From Callorhinchus milii (Eukaryota): a DNA stretch of 64,000 bases. The position numbers were made by a program, and so were the translations under genes. The notes beneath the pieces were generated by a model. The model was not told where the DNA came from and did not search any database. It saw only the letters and a program-made list of their open reading frames with translations. The number at the start of each line of letters is the position of its first letter. Within the stretch, counting starts at the first letter, position 1. The stretch is from assembly GCF_018977255.1 (NCBI RefSeq), contig NW_024704743.1, positions 26,724,001 to 26,788,000 on the forward strand, in the 5' to 3' direction. This document shows, piece after piece, positions 63,133 to 64,000 of this stretch.

Positions 63133-63469
63133 AGTTAATTTGTGGGATCTATCTGTTTTTCGCAGAATTTACAGTTGATGCCGAGTGCCATCGTTTTAAA
63201 AATCGTAGCATTGGTCTTTGAACTGTTAACAACAGCGTAACTATTTACTCACACCTCCCAGCAAATCAGGAGGGTTTCGGGATTGACCCATGTTCGGACG
63301 CCGCAATATATTCTTCCCGGCGTGACCATTACAAGACAAATGAACAATCCCCTCCCTTCACTTTACTAAAGAATTCTCAGTTATGAATTGTAATGTGGTC
63401 ACAGTACAATACAGTATAATTCTGAGTGACAAATTACAGTTTGGTGTTGACATGCTCCCACAGCCAACT

Positions 63470-63538
63470 GTGCAGCGCCTTGGGACGTCCTCCTGACGTG
63501 AAAGGCGCTTTATAAATGGAATCTTGTTGTTGTTGTTG
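63470..63538 (+). mobile_element. Tail-only L2 insertion (type B)
   Basis: cagcgccttgggacgtcctcctgacgtgaaaggcgctttataaatggaatc(ttg)n. Confidence 0.82.
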
Positions 63539-64000
63539 TAGGGATTTATACCAGTTTCGTTGCCTCAAAGAAGCTCTTTAGATGTTTGAATCAAAGCTTC
63601 CAGCAGTGAGTTCCACATTTCTACCACTTTCTGCCTATACTCTCTTTTAGACATGCTTCTACGTATCTCATATTTATTCCCCATCATTTTGTATGCACCC
63701 ACAAGTGAAACCAGCCCATTAACCATAACCAGCTGACTCCATTTCAGTTGATTCACTCTACAGTATATTCTGTGAAGTGCTTTGAGTTGTCCAGAAGACA
63801 TGAAAAGTGCTATATCAAATGCAAGTATTATTATTAACATCTTATTGGATCCTTTCAGAATTTCAGAATAGCTATATGAGTTCCCCTCTCAATTACCTCA
63901 TCTACAAAGAAAAGCTTTAACTAATGCAATCTTTCTTGATAGTTATATCCACTTATCCCTAATAATAATAATGATAAGGCACTATATCAAATGCAAGGAT

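Noticed and set aside
961..63538. Recurring 60-nt motif as a CRISPR-like or regulatory array
   Set aside because: Irregular spacing, both orientations, variable sequence and simple-repeat tails; these are LINE/SINE 3' ends.

Overview
A 64-kb stretch of AT-rich, repeat-dense vertebrate DNA, intronic or intergenic. I recognise no host-gene exon, true RNA gene or prokaryote-type system. The repeat mix suggests a cartilaginous fish, possibly a chimaera (inference from repeat content only). Every recognisable ORF is a dead retrotransposon fragment: CR1 ORF2, L2 ORF2 or a Penelope GIY-YIG endonuclease. Main contents: (1) a young tRNA-Ala-headed SINE in long and internally deleted forms, which looks like a chimera of a CORE-like domain, the 3' part of a Deu domain and an L2-type tail; (2) older full Deu-domain SINEs (SacSINE1/AmnSINE1-like) and one AmnSINE2-like copy; (3) three L2 tail types, including many tail-only insertions nested at AAC/TTG microhomologies; (4) CR1 3' fragments; (5) a Penelope-like element and a solo terminal repeat, each with a degenerate minimal hammerhead ribozyme motif; (6) unclassified palindromic/MITE-like elements; (7) repeat-free blocks that may be conserved non-coding elements. 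Coordinates were read by eye, so boundaries are approximate. Family names come from recalled consensus motifs, not database searches.
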